The notes: generated by a model from the sequence alone, not told the origin. 64,000 bases of DNA from Asterias rubens (GCF_902459465.1 NC_047073.1:7254001-7318000); one strand, 5' to 3'. Counted from the first letter of the stretch, positions 24,146 through 37,029 are shown. Program-made: numbers and translations.

Positions 24146-24855
24146 CGTCAGCAATTTCACGAAGGGCCAAAAACCTTAAAAATCGATAAAAAACGGATTT
24201 TGATTTTTTTTGTGGAAGTTATAGGTCTCAAAATTGTCTAGGTCATAATTACGCTAATTTGATGAATGACAAAAACCTCAAGAACCTGGAATTATGTTTT
24301 CACGAAGAGCCAAAAACCTTTTTGTAATTTTTGTTTATACCTTTAATACCACGTTGATTGTACAGCTGCCACAGTGCCAAACATGAGCGCGCCGGCTTTT
24401 GCGTTTTCACGAAGAGCCAAAAACTTAAAAGGACAAAAATTAAGCACCACCCGGAATCACGCTTTCACGAAGTGCATAAAAGTGTATTGCTCTACCGCGT
24501 GGAGTTATCCCTTGGCACGGTGCCAAAAGTGGGTGCTCCGGCTTTTGTGTTTTCACGAACAGCCAAAAAGTTTTTACATGACGCGCTGCGCGCAGACCAT
24601 GTTTTGCAACGTTTTCAGGAAGAGAACATTTTGTTAATTAAATAATTACTCATTAGTTCTATTAGGGACAAAATTGAAACAGATTTGTATGATTTAGGAT
24701 CTCTTCTTCCCTGACATGTAAAAAATTCCAAGATTAAATTTCGAATAGTCTACCAACTAGTAGTTTCAAAATTAGCTAAATTTAAAACGCGGTTTTCTCG
24801 AAACAGACATATTTGGCTGCAGGGGACTTTTTGGCCCTTCGTGAAATTGCTGACG
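24146..24855. mobile_element. MITE with 28-bp TIRs, superfamily unassigned
   Basis: CGTCAGCAATTTCACGAAGGGCCAAAAA / TTTTTGGCCCTTCGTGAAATTGCTGACG. Internal TTTCACGAAGAGCCAAAAA repeats. No clear TSD. Confidence 0.85.
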
Positions 24856-25344
24856 ATTATGTGGGGAAATTACGACTACTGAAAAATCAACCAGGACCAT
24901 GTTTCAAAGAGCTGCTTAAGCACAAAAAGTAACCAAGAACAACAAATTAAGCTTACCAGAATAAGGTTACCAACCAGAATAAGGTTACCAACAACTACTA
25001 CGTAACAAAATATATACTCTGTGACTGGTATCCGGCTAATTTTTTAAAGCACAACATGTGCAAGCGAAATTGTCTGCATAAGCAACTCTAGAAAGTTGGG
25101 CTCAGGCGTGGCAGAAATGAGGCAGGTAATTTGACTTTCAGTGGCCGTTGAAGTGGATTTTTATTCTCTGTCACGTAAATAAAATCTTTGTTCAGTAACA
25201 CATACAGGAGGATGATGCCTGTGAAAGTATAACGCAACTAAAACAAGTCATGTTCAACCGCATGGACAAACTCTGCCAACCTCAACAAAGAACACTAAAA
25301 AAAAATATCTCACTAGCAATTAAATCTGAAGCATTTTCTGCCAC

Positions 25345-26586
25345 AAATACCAAAAGTTTCAGATTTATTGAGAATTTTGTGAGTTTGGGTTTTTGGTCCA
25401 AAATCTAACAAATTTTCAGATTTAGGGTCAAAATCTTTTTGGTGATTTTATGGTTTCAAACGGTGTAGAGGTGTAGAAAGGACTACTGAAGACATTTGAT
25501 CAGTGTGGACTGGGTATAATATAACCAGTCCACGCTGATAATATTATTAGCAAAACTTTGAGATTTATTGAGAATTTTGTGAATTTTGATTTTGGTTCAA
25601 GAAAAAAAATCCGTCATGGTAAAATTTTCAGATTTGGGGTCAAATTATTGTTGGTGATTTTATGGTTTCAAATGGTGTAGAAAAGATTAATGACGACATT
25701 GTATCAGCGTGGATGGATAAAATAGCAAAAGTTTGAGATTTATTGAGAATTTTGTGAGTCATTCTTTTTGGTCCAAATTTGCAAAAGAAATCTGCAAATT
25801 TACTTGTTAAATTTTCAGATTGGGGGTCAAAATATTGTTGGTGATTTTATGGTTTCAAATGCTGTAGAACGAACTAATGAAGAAAGTTTTTCTGTGCGGA
25901 ATGGGTTTATTAGCATAAGATTGAGATTTATGGAGAATGTGAGTTTGGGTTTTAGGTCCAAAAATCTGCCATGCCATCATCTAGTAAAAATTTTTTTTTT
26001 TATTTTGTGGTCAAAATATTATTGGTAATTTTCTGGTTTCAAATGGTGTAGAACACACTTCATGGAATGAAGAATTTGTTTTAGTGCGGACTGGGTATAT
26101 ATTATTAGCAAAAGTTTGAGTTGTACATGTATTAAGAATTTTGTGAGTTTGGGTTTTAAGTCCAAAACGAAATCTGCAATGTGCCAAGCATCTGTTTAGA
26201 TTTTTAGATTTGGGGTCAAAATATTTGTTGGTGATTTTTATGGTTTGAAATGGTAAAGATTAGACTACTAAAGACATTTGTAGGGTGTGGACTAGGAGTA
26301 TTAGCAAAAGTTTGAGATTTTTTGTGAATTTTGTGAGTTTTGCTTTGTGGTCCAAATTGGAAGAAAAAAAACATGGGCCGTGGTCAAATTTTCAGATTTT
26401 GGGGTCAAAATCATGTTGGTGATTTCTTTTAAGGTTTCAAATGGTGTAGACATACTACTGAAGACATTTTATCTGAGTAGACTGGGTATATTGGCAAAAG
26501 TTTTGTGAGTTTGGGTTTCTGGTTGAAAAAAAAAAAAATTCTGCAATGACGACATGGTCAAATTTTCAGACTTGGGGTTAAAATAT
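25345..26586. repeat. Degenerate ~190-bp tandem repeat, about 7 units (another partial unit at ~26950)
   Basis: GCAAAAGTTTGAGATTTATTGAGAATTTTGTGAG..AAATTTTCAGATTTGGGGTCAAAAT..GGTGATTTTATGGTTTCAAATGGTGTAG recurs. Confidence 0.85.
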
Positions 26587-26590
26587 TTAA

Positions 26591-26942
26591 ATACATTATA
26601 TACATTTTCGGTACATAAAAAAAAAAAAATTCACAGATTTACAAATAACTTACAGGGTGTACAGAAGGACTTCTCTCGAAATATTATTCCATGAAATGCT
26701 CTACTTTTTGAGAAAACATTAAAACAATATCAATTCTCGATAGCGAGAATTACAAATTTATTTTGAACACATGTCATGACACGAAGAAACGTGCGGAAAC
26801 AAGGGTGGGTTTTGCCGTTATTTTCTCCCGACTCCGACGACCGATTGAGCTAAATTTTCACAGGTTTGTTATTTTATATAGATTTTGTGATACACGAAGT
26901 GTGGGCCTTGGACAATACTGTTTACCGAAAGTTCCAATGGCT
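26591..26942. mobile_element. Kolobok-type TTAA MITE, second family
   Basis: Homologous to 57766-58097. Ends GTTTACCGAAAG..ATGGCT|TTAA. Confidence 0.75.
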
Positions 26943-27689
26943 TTAAGGAGATTTTATGGTTTCAAATGACGATTTTTCAGGGTGGACTGACTTGGTATAA
27001 TTATTAGCAAAAGTTTTAGATTTATGAAGAATTTTGCTCAAATTAGGGGGTTGTTGGTTTTGGTTCCTGACATTTCAGAAACAGTAGAAAAGTGGGCAGG
27101 ACACATAAACAGCAAAACAGATAATTGTTGAGCTCAGCAATCAATCATGTTCTTGCTGAAATTGATAGCAAAAATTGATAATTTGTTTTGTTGGTACAGC
27201 GCACAAGGAATGACATACATAAGACGAAGGGCACACAGTCGATGCAATCTATTCCATTTGTAAAGTGTTTCACAACAACTCTACAAGAAAGGGCAACTGG
27301 TATTAAATCCGAAACCAGTTGCCCAATATCAGAATGGACATGCGTAGTTATTGCAAACCTTGCCCCTCGTGAATGATAGACTTTCTCAAAAATAAAATAA
27401 AAACTTACACTTGGACCAAGCAGTCAGGGTACTGTGGCCCTCTGGTGAGTGTGTTTGCTTGCAGGTTTTCCTCAAGTTTGTGATGTGGCGGAGATCAAGG
27501 GACAAAATGTTGAAATGAAGAAAACTTTTTAGTTCTGCTCAGGTGTATCCCAAGCCACTTTGTGTACATCATGCAGCATTGAGTGCAATTGTTGGAGCTG
27601 CAGACTTTGGCGTTCATTAGGCAATACTTTCTCCCTGCAACATCATGCAATCCACATCACCTTTGTCTTTTGATTTTTTTTTTGGCTAG

Positions 27690-27745
27690 TGGAAGCCTGG
27701 GCTGATAAAGAGAAAGGGTTTTCTCTTTATCAGCCCAGGCTTCCA
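27690..27745. repeat. Perfect 25-bp-arm inverted repeat (collapsed mini-MITE?)
   Basis: TGGAAGCCTGGGCTGATAAAGAGAA-agggtt-TTCTCTTTATCAGCCCAGGCTTCCA. Confidence 0.9.
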
Positions 27746-28835
27746 TTTTAATCTTGCAGACTTATCATGTTGTGCAGTACTAGTAGACTCATTCTGGTCC
27801 TTTCATCTTGGAAACAGAAGGAGATTGAGCTGTGGGCATGACACATAAACAGCAAAACAGGCATTAGAACTCCAATCACTGGTCTTCACTCCTCACTGAA
27901 ATAACAAACAAAAGAAGAAATATTACTGAGTGTGACAGGGCCAAAGGAAAGGCATACAAGAGACGAAGGGTATCTGTATCTGTTGAATACTGCGACAAAC
28001 TCCTCACAGGATATATAAGTTACATGTGTATAGTGTCAATACAATCAATTCCAAGTGTAGGCCTACTTGTTTCCACAACAACCTACAAAGAAGGACAACT
28101 GGTAAAAAGAATTAAAAACTAGTTGCCCAATGTCAAATTAAACACAGTAATTGCAAACCTTGCAAACTCCTACTGAATGATAGATAGGCCCCTAATTTGA
28201 CAACATTTCACTTGAAAAAACCTACACTTTTCACCAAGTCCCATCAATCAGAATGTTAACCCTGGCACTCAAATGACACATTAGTAATGTAATGTATTTA
28301 CAATTTAAAATACTAGTTTGAAGTTTGACCCCTGTAAACAAAAAAATAGTTTCTAACAATTTTCTTTCAAAGCTGTATTTTTTTCAGAAAGACATGCTTA
28401 CAAATCAAAACAAATTATTCAAAAAGCCTGTATGAAAAAGCAAAATTCTGAATGGTCAAAAGTGAATTACACACAGCAAATGAACTCCCAAAACTTCCAG
28501 AAACAAACACTGACTGGGTTCCCTGATTGGGTTGTGATCCACCGTTTTGACTACCAATTGAGTTCACATTTTTACAGGTTTGTTGTTTCGTCCATGATTG
28601 AGATAAACGTGAGAAGACTGGTCTTTGACAATTACCAATAGTGCCAGTATCTTTAACAATATATAATGATTTTGCTATCTAAAGTCAAGTTTCTCCTTTG
28701 TAGTTTTGGTAACTATAAATTTGATTCATAATATGGGGATTGAGTAATCTATTTTATACCAAAGAAAAAATCTTACTAGTCAATATTACCCCAAAGATTT
28801 TATAGATAGGTTGTTTTTCATCAATCTAACATTGA

Positions 28836-29177
28836 AGACTCTGGACTTGGTGTATCTCTACATATACATAAAACCTGTGAAAATTTTAGCTCAATCGGTC
28901 GTCGAAGTTGTGAGATAATAAGGAAAGAAAAAAGACCCTTGTCACCTTTGTTGTGTGCTTTCAGATGCTTTATTTTGTAACCTCAAATTCTAAATCTGAG
29001 TTCTCTAAATCAAAATCGTGGAAAAAAATTACTTCTTTCTCGAAAACTATGTTACTTCAGGCTGAGTCATTTCTCACAATGTTTTATACTATCAACAGCT
29101 CCCCATTACTAGTTAACAAGTATAAGGTTTTATGCTAGTAATTATTTTGAGTTTTTTACCATATGTCCACGTTGCCT
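28836..29177. mobile_element. Kolobok-type TTAA MITE, main family
   Basis: Same internal sequence as 57415-57761. Ends TTGCCT|TTAA. Confidence 0.75.
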
Positions 29178-29530
29178 TTAAGAGAACAAATATTAACATT
29201 ATTGACTATTTGGCCACTTAAAAAAAATATATAAAAAAAATACATGCTTGCACCTATCATTCATCAATAACTGTTTGTCATACTGTTTGAAGGACCCTTA
29301 TCCATGCACTGCCATACCGCAGCAGTCAGTTGCTGAATGAAAACATTGAAATCCATTCCTTCGTTTATTTCTTCAAAGTTATGTATTTTGCCAATTTAAT
29401 TCGTCAATTTATTTATTCTTATTCCTCTCCTACCTTATTACAAATCTTGCTGCAACCACAGCGCTGGTTTTAAGAATGGGCGGAATTTATAAAATATTTG
29501 CCGAGTGGGTGTTGTTTCTCACTTCTGCAC

Positions 29531-29924
29531 GGGGTGCGTTCCACTCGCGCAAACGTTGCCAACAGTTGCGCACGTTCGCCAACAATTTCAAGTGGAACGA
29601 GTTGTTCGCCGCCACCGTTGGCGAACGTTGGCACATACTTCGGAGGTGTTGGCGAGTGATTTTTAAAATGGCGGACAAGCATACGGTATTATTTCTTTGT
29701 TACAAACATAATTACATTGTATTTTCGGTGGATGATAATGCAGATTTGGAATAACAAAGTTAATTAGTTGATGTAATGATGTCAAAAAGAGGACTATTGC
29801 AGCAAAAACGAAGTTTAAAAAAAACCTACGTATGGTGCGCGCCATCTTCATTTCAGGGCGCCGCCATATTGACATCGCGTATACGCACCAATCGTTCAAA
29901 CGATAAAAAAACGTTTGCGCGAGT
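29531..29924. mobile_element. Harbinger-like MITE with truncated right TIR
   Basis: Left GGGGTGCGTTCCACTCGCGCAAACGTT. Right AACGTTTGCGCGAGT (29910-29924) lacks the outer ~12 nt. Confidence 0.55.
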
Positions 29925-29938
29925 CGTTTTGGTGTTGA

Positions 29939-30493
29939 TGTTGATTTTGGATGCGCCCAATGTTGTGAGTACAAAATTAGTTCAATCAAGTTTAAGATTA
30001 TAACTTTCAGTATACTCTGCTTCAGGGATTGTTGATAATTAGTGTAAAATTTTGATTGTAAAAGTGGTTGATTTTCTAAGCATGTCGTCAGTTAGATTCA
30101 CGTGGGTTGCATGTACATGTACATGTATTGTGTACGTTGGGGTATTGTGGCATACAAAACACGGTAGTGTGTGTGGATACGGGTTAAAGGTCAAAGTTGG
30201 GGTAAAGTTTTGAGATTAAGTTAAGTCACTTGAGTTGAGGCAAAGGGGAATCACGCACACTTGGCACACATTTTGTGGGTAAATAGGGATTTAATCAATT
30301 GTTGTAAATACATAAAATTGGGATTAATTCGTTATTGTAATTGCTGTAAATCAAATGTTTATATTGTATTGGGTTTGATTAATTGCAGATCGAACCATCA
30401 TCACACGTTGCTACAAGCAAATGGTATCGTAATAAAGGGTTGGACATCAGTAAATTTTGTCATTGGTGAAAATATTTGAGTACACACGTCACA
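29939..30493 (+). repeat. BEL 5' LTR (lacks its first ~145 bp)
   Basis: Matches 36460-37029 with 6 substitutions and 2 indels (11 and 4 bp). Ends ...CACGTCACA. Confidence 0.93.
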
Positions 30494-30513
30494 TTAAGTT
30501 TGATAACAATGCT

Positions 30514-33500
30514 ATGAAGAGATCTGCAATGGAAAATCAAGAAGATGATATCAATCCAGAAGACTCGGTGAGTCAGTGCAGCGTGAGTACCACCGGCACG
30601 TCTGCAAGCAGAAAAGCCAGAATAAAAGTCTTGGCAAAAAAGGCTGCACTTGCTGCAGAGTACGCAGCTCTGACTGAGCAACGAGAGTTGGAGCTACAAA
30701 AGTTAAAGCTCAAGCAGAAGAAGGCGGAGCTCCGACTCAGCACCAGAATCTGTTGTTATGAAGCAGATAAAAAGGTATACGCTCAATTTGAAGATCAGAA
30801 GTCAGCTATTAGCAATAGTCCTTCACTGCAAGCTAGCCAGCCACTGCAAGCTGAACATTCTAATGAAGAATCAACAACATGCCCTATCGAACATTCTCAA
30901 GAATCACAAGAGAAGCAATCCACCTCTGAGCCCGTCATTGAATTGTTACGTCAAGCAGAAAGATAGCAGAGAAGTCTGATAGAGACATTGCAACTACCAA
31001 AGGCAGAGTTGATGTTCTACGATGGAGAACCCCTGAAGTTTTGGGAATTTTGGAGAGCCTTTGAGATAAATGTGGACAGCACGTCAATAGCTGATGCTGC
31101 AAAGTTAACCAGGCTGTTGCACTACTGCAAGGGAGATGCACGTAAAGTTATTCAAGCATGCTCAGTGATGGATTCCACTCAGGGCTACAAGAGAGCTAAG
31201 ACGCTGCTGAAGGAGTGTTTTGGAAACAAGCATAAGGTTGCAGATGCCTGGATTCAGAGGGTGACTAAAGGTGTAACCATCTCAGCTCACAACGGCACTG
31301 CTCTCAGAGAAATGGCAGACGAATTAAGAGTTTGCTATGAAACCCTACTCGCTGTGGGGTTTGAAGGTGAGATGGCACCTCAGAGTTTCTTGAAGAGCAT
31401 CGTGGAACGACTGCCAAACTACCTTCGCTACAGGTGGATCCGGATAGTAAGAGAAATTCAGAAGAGGAACGATAGAATACCAGACATGAAAGACCTAGTC
31501 TCCTTCATAGAAGATGTGGCCGACGAAGAGAATAACCCAGTTTATGGATCAGTCAGCTCGAAGAGCAACCGAGATGTGCCACAGAACAAAAGTGATAAGC
31601 AGAGGTCCAAAGGCACTTTTGCGGTTACCACGGAAACCAAAGAATTTGACACCAAGAAGAATTAATTCGTCACTAGGAAGTGTCCTCTGTGCAAGTAGGA
31701 GCACACACTGTTTGGTTATTAGCAGTTTAAAGGAATGAAACCTCAAGACAGACTGAACTATGCAAAGCAGGAGAGATTATGCTTTAATTGTCTCCGCAAG
31801 GGCCATATGACAATGGCATGCAGGCTGAAAAGAACATGCTCCGTCGCTGGCTGTGGAAGAAAACACACGAAATTTCTCCACATCCTGCAGCCGCAAGAAG
31901 AAACAACTCCGTCAACTACCCAACCAGAGGCCCAAGTTCGAAATGGCTATATCGACTCAGCCGAAGACACAAGCTGTAATAATATCACAGGGGCCGGTAG
32001 CAGAAGCGTCCTACCCATCGTATCTGTGAGGGTTCAAGCTGCACAAGGTAACACGTTTGTGCGGACCTACGCATTGTTGGACACAGGCTCTACAAACACT
32101 TTCTGCACCGAGCAGTTAGCTCAATGTCTTGGAGTGAAAGGGACCAAGCAGAAACTCAGCCTGACAACGCTTGACAAGATAGACAGTACAATCGATACGA
32201 CTTTGGTGAGCTTAGTCGTAGACTCTGGTCCGACTACAGAAAGACTAGAGATGACAAAAGTGTACACGAAACCAAAGATCAACGTTCATGGTACACACAT
32301 GGCAAAAATGGACGAAATATCAGGATTGCCTCACTTGAAAGGTATTGATTTGCCATTTGCTGGAGAGAAGGAAGTTGAGCTCCTGATAGAACAAGATGTT
32401 CCAAAAGCACTGATGCCGCTCGAAATAAGGGCAGGAAAAGAAGGACCATACGCGCTAAGAACAGCCCTGGGATGGTCATTGCATGGTTCAGTGAACCAAG
32501 TGAGCGGAAAAAGACAAGATTTGACCGCTAGTTCCAGCTTCATCCAAGGAGACATCTGCTTTGAAGAACAGTTAGATAAAGTTTGGAAACTGGAAGCGTC
32601 AGATTGCACAAGTGATGAAAGAGGCCTGTCAGTAAATGACCAAAGAGCGCTGAAGGTTTGGAAAGATGGAGTATGTATGGAAGGAGGACATTACCAGTTA
32701 CCTGTGCCATTTAAGAAATGTTCACCCAGTTTGCCAGATAACCGATGGCTAGCTGAGCAAAGGTTGCAAGGTCTCGCAAGAAAACTTGGCAATGATGATA
32801 AGCTGCATCGTAAGTACCAAGAAGGAATCAAGGACTTACTTAAGAAGGGATATGCTGAAGAAGTGGAAGGGCAAGAATGTAAGCCCGATGACAAGCCTGT
32901 GTGGTATCTGCCTCATCACCCTGTATTTCATCCTATGAAACCAGACAAATTGCGCATTGTGTTCGATTGCGCAGCCATAAGTGGCGGCGTGTCCCTCAAT
33001 AGTGAAGTACTGCAAGGACCAGACCTAACAGACAGACTGATAGGAGTCTTATTGAGATTTAGACGGGAACCAGTTGCCTTCATGGCAGATGTAGAGGCCA
33101 TGTTCCATCAAGTTCGCGTGCCTGTAGAAGATCGAGATGTGATGAGATTTCTATGGTGGCCAGACTGCAAAATGACACAACAGCCCAAGATATATTGGAT
33201 GTGTGTGCACCTGTTCGGCGGGACTTGGAGTCCAAGTTGCTGCAATTTCGCTATGCGCCAGACAGCCGATGATAACCAGGATGACTTCTCCGCTGAAACT
33301 GTAGAGATTGTGAAGCGCAATTTCTACGTTGACGATTGCCTAGTTTCAGTGGAGACCGAAGAGGAAGCTGTGAAATTGTCATCCGAGCTCAAAACTCTAC
33401 TGCAAAAAGGAGGGTTCAAGTTGACCAAGTGGTTGAGTAACAGACCAAGCGTTCTGAAGTCCTTCCCCATAGAAGAAAGGGCTAAACAACTGAAAGATCT

Positions 33501-35793
33501 TGACCTAAACCATGATGAGCTACCAGTTGACCGAGCACTGGGTGTCAGCTGGGATGTTGAAAGAGACAGTTTAGGATACAAATTGGCAATCAAAGACAAG
33601 CCAATAACAAGGCGTGGACTACTTAGCATTGTGTCATCAATCTACGACTCCTTGGGATATGCAAATCCATTCATCCTGAGAGCTAGACTACTGCTGCAGA
33701 AACTGACTCGACTCAAACTAGGATGGGACGAGCCGTTACCAGAAGTGCAGAAACAAGAATGGGAAAATTGGACAGAGGAGTTACCTTGAATGAAGGAATA
33801 TGAGGTAAATAGATGTGTAAAGCTACACGACTTCGGAACAGTGACAGAATAAAAGCTGCACCACTTCGCAGATGCCTCAGAATTGGCTTAAGGGGCGGTG
33901 TCATACCTTGTCATGAAAAACACTGAAGGTCAATTACATAGCAGCATTGTAATGGCAAAGTCACATCTTGCACCAGTAAAAATGATGACAATCCCTCGAC
34001 TCGAGCTGTGGGCTGCAACACTAGCAGCTAAACTAGATGTCATGCTGAGGCGTGAGTTGGATCTGCCCATAAGTGATTCAATGTTCTGGACAGACAGCAC
34101 TATTGTGCTTCAGTACATAAGAAATGAAGATGGAAGATTTCATACCTTTGTGGCTAACAGGGTAGCCAAAATCCACAATGTAACCGAACCAGCTCAGTGG
34201 CACCATGTAGACACAAGTTCAAACCCAGCCGATGAACTATCAAGAGGAATGACAGCCAGTGAGCTAAAGAAAAGTTCAAGATGGCCGGAAGGGCCAAAGT
34301 TCATCTTGATGGCTGAAGAAGATTGGCCTAAAGAACCAAAAGTAATGGAGCCCCTGAAACAAAGTGATCCAGAGCTGAAGAAACCGAAGGAGATTGCACA
34401 GACATATGCTGTAGAGTTGGAAGAAAATAGTGCCACAGCGAAGCTGATCAAGCATTATTCATCATGGCATAAGCTAAAGAAAGCTGTATCATGGGTTTTG
34501 CGTGTGAGGAGCTATCTTCAGAACAAAGACCAGTATAAGGAAAACGACATAAAGAAACCTCTAACAGTAGACGAACTCGACAAAGCAGAACAAGCAGTAG
34601 TAAGATATGTGCCAGGGCAATCCTACCCAGATGAGTACAAAGCACTGCAAGTCACAGTCAACACAGTAAAGAAATCAAGCCCTCTCCATCGACTAGACCC
34701 CAAAATCAATGAAAATGGACTAATATGTGTTGGGAGTCGACTGAGGAATTCTACAATGCAGGCCCAACTGAAGCATCCTCAGGTGTTGCGAAATTGTTTC
34801 GTTTGCAAGCGTCTGTCTGCTTCTCCTAACATACAGAAAATGGCTGATCTACCAAAGGACAGGGTGACCCCTGAAAAGCCGCCGTTCAGTCACGTGGGAG
34901 TGGATTGTTTTGGCCCATTTTTGGTCAAGCAAGGCCGAAGTCAAGTCAAAAGATACGGGTGTATCTTCACCTGCTTAGTGTTGAGAGCAGTTCACATTGA
35001 AGTGATCCATTCGCTGGAGACCGACTCCTTCATTAACGCTCTGCAGAGATTTATCGCAAGACGAGGACAACCAGAACTTATCAGAAGTGACAACGGCACA
35101 AATTTTGTTGGTGCTGAGCGCGAGCTGAGGGAAGGAATCAACTGTTGGAACAAACAGAAGGTTGAGGAATATCTACTGCAGAAAGGGATTAGCTGGAAAT
35201 TCAATCCACCGGCAGCATCACACATGGGAGGATCATGGGAGAGACAGATAAGAACAACAAGAAAGATTTTGAACACAGTTTTGAAACAACAAGTGCTCTA
35301 TGATGAAAGTCTTTCAACTATGATGTGTATGGTTGAATCTGTGATCAACGGTCGTCCACTTACTGTAGTTTCAGATGATGTGAGGGATCCAGAACCCTTG
35401 ACTCCAAATCATCTTCTTCTGTTGCGTACGAGCAATGCTTTCCCCGCGGACGTGTTTGACAAGTGTGATCTATATAGTCGTAAACGATGGAGACAAGTCC
35501 AATATTTGGCTGACCTATTTTTGCGCAGATGGATCAGGGAATATCTACCAACCCTGCAGCAACGTCGAAAGTGGAATGAGCCAACAAGGAACATCAGAGC
35601 AGGAGATATCGTGTTGATTGTTGGAGACCTCCCCAGGAACCAGTGGACCATGGGAAGAGTCGTGGAAACCTATCCGGGTGATGACAACTTAGTCAGGACT
35701 GCTAAGGTGAAGACTAAATCATCAACACTTGTTAGACCAATTCACAAGTTATGTCTGCTGGAGTCAGTGGAAGGTCTAGAGAGCACCAAATAG
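30514..35793 (+). pseudogene. BEL gag-pol polyprotein, one frame, 7 in-frame stops and an in-frame integrase zinc-finger deletion
   Basis: Gag DDINPEDSVSQ and YDGEPLKFWEFW; CFNCL..GH knuckle; protease LLDTGS; RT NFYVDD; RNase H FADAS; integrase GVDCFGPF..SDNGTNF..GGSWER. Stops at 30964, 31663, 31696, 31720, 33787, 33850 and 33889. Confidence 0.95.
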
Positions 35794-36314
35794 CAGTTGG
35801 ATGTGAACCACAACAGGAGTTAAGTCTATGGACTGCAATCTGAGGAGTGCTCATTATTTGAGCTTATTTGATATTTGGTACAATATCGTGCATTGGGGGC
35901 GAGGCATGATTTGAGGTGTGAGCCAAGCGCCGCCTCCTTGTGCCAGTTTAATGGAGCAGTTTAGCCAGACCTCTTGTTACCATGGCAACTTCTTTGGACC
36001 GTTGCGGAATGTGAACATTTATCGTTGGACATTCTCGGCAAACATTGCATTTGTGATAATATGAGTTCACAGATGAACACATCTTCATGAACAGTTTATG
36101 GATTGTGAGAACACTAGCTTTGCCAAAGGTTTTGAAGCTTATTAGAGTTCAAGTTTTTTTTTTAAAGTTTGCATTATCAGTTCTTGTTACCTGTTGTTAT
36201 GCGTTTTTTGCTGGTACTGCATTTTTCTGCGTTTTGGCCAAAGTGGGATTTGATTTGTAAAATTGAGTGTTAGGTAAATGCTCATAAGGACTATGCCCAT
36301 TTAAGGGGCCGGGA

Positions 36315-37029
36315 TGTTGGGGGCTAGGCAACGTAATTTATGCATGTGTGACGTCAGAAGCGTAGATTTTTCTTGGTCAAATGAGGGCGCTGTTTTGCAT
36401 CTTTCGCCAGGATCGATCATAACATTCGTCACTAGTCAGTCATACTTTCGCCAATATTTTGTTGATTTTGGATGCGCCCAATGTTGTGAGTACAAAATTA
36501 GTTCAATCAAGTTTAAGATTATAAGTTTGAGTATACTCTGCTTCAGGGATTGTTGATAATAAGCGGGTAATTAGTGAAAAATTTTGATTGTAAAAGTGGT
36601 TGATTTTCTAAGCATGTCGTCGGTTAGATTCACGTGGGTTGCATGTACATGTACATGTATTGTGTACGTTGGGGTATTGTGGCATACAAAACACGGTAGT
36701 GTGTGTGGATACGGGTTAAAGGTCAAAGTTGGGATAAAGTTTTGAGATTAAGTTAAGTCACTTGAGTTGAGGCAAAGGGGAATCACGCACACTTGGCACA
36801 CATTTTGTGGGTAAATAGGGATTTAATCAATTGTTGTAAATACATAAAATTGGGATTAATTCGTTATTGTAATTGCTGTAAATCAAATGTTTATATTGTA
36901 TTGGGTTCATTTGATTAATTGCAGATCGAACCATCATCACACGTTGCTACAAGCAAATGGTATCGTAATAAAGGGTTGGACATCAGTAAATTTTGTCATT
37001 GGTGAACATATTTGAGTACACACGTCACA
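36315..37029 (+). repeat. BEL 3' LTR (715 bp)
   Basis: Starts TGTT right after the PPT and ends CA. Contains AATAAA near 36967. Confidence 0.93.

Larger units (their letters stand above)
29939..37029 (+). mobile_element. BEL/Pao LTR retrotransposon, defective
   Basis: Two LTR copies, a gag-PR-RT-RNaseH-IN polyprotein with BEL-type motifs, and PPT AAGGGGCCGGGA just before 36315. Confidence 0.97.

Noticed and set aside
35794-36314. Extra (env-like) ORF between BEL pol and the 3' LTR
   Set aside because: The ORF track shows nothing of 60 aa or more here. Treated as a 3' untranslated region.
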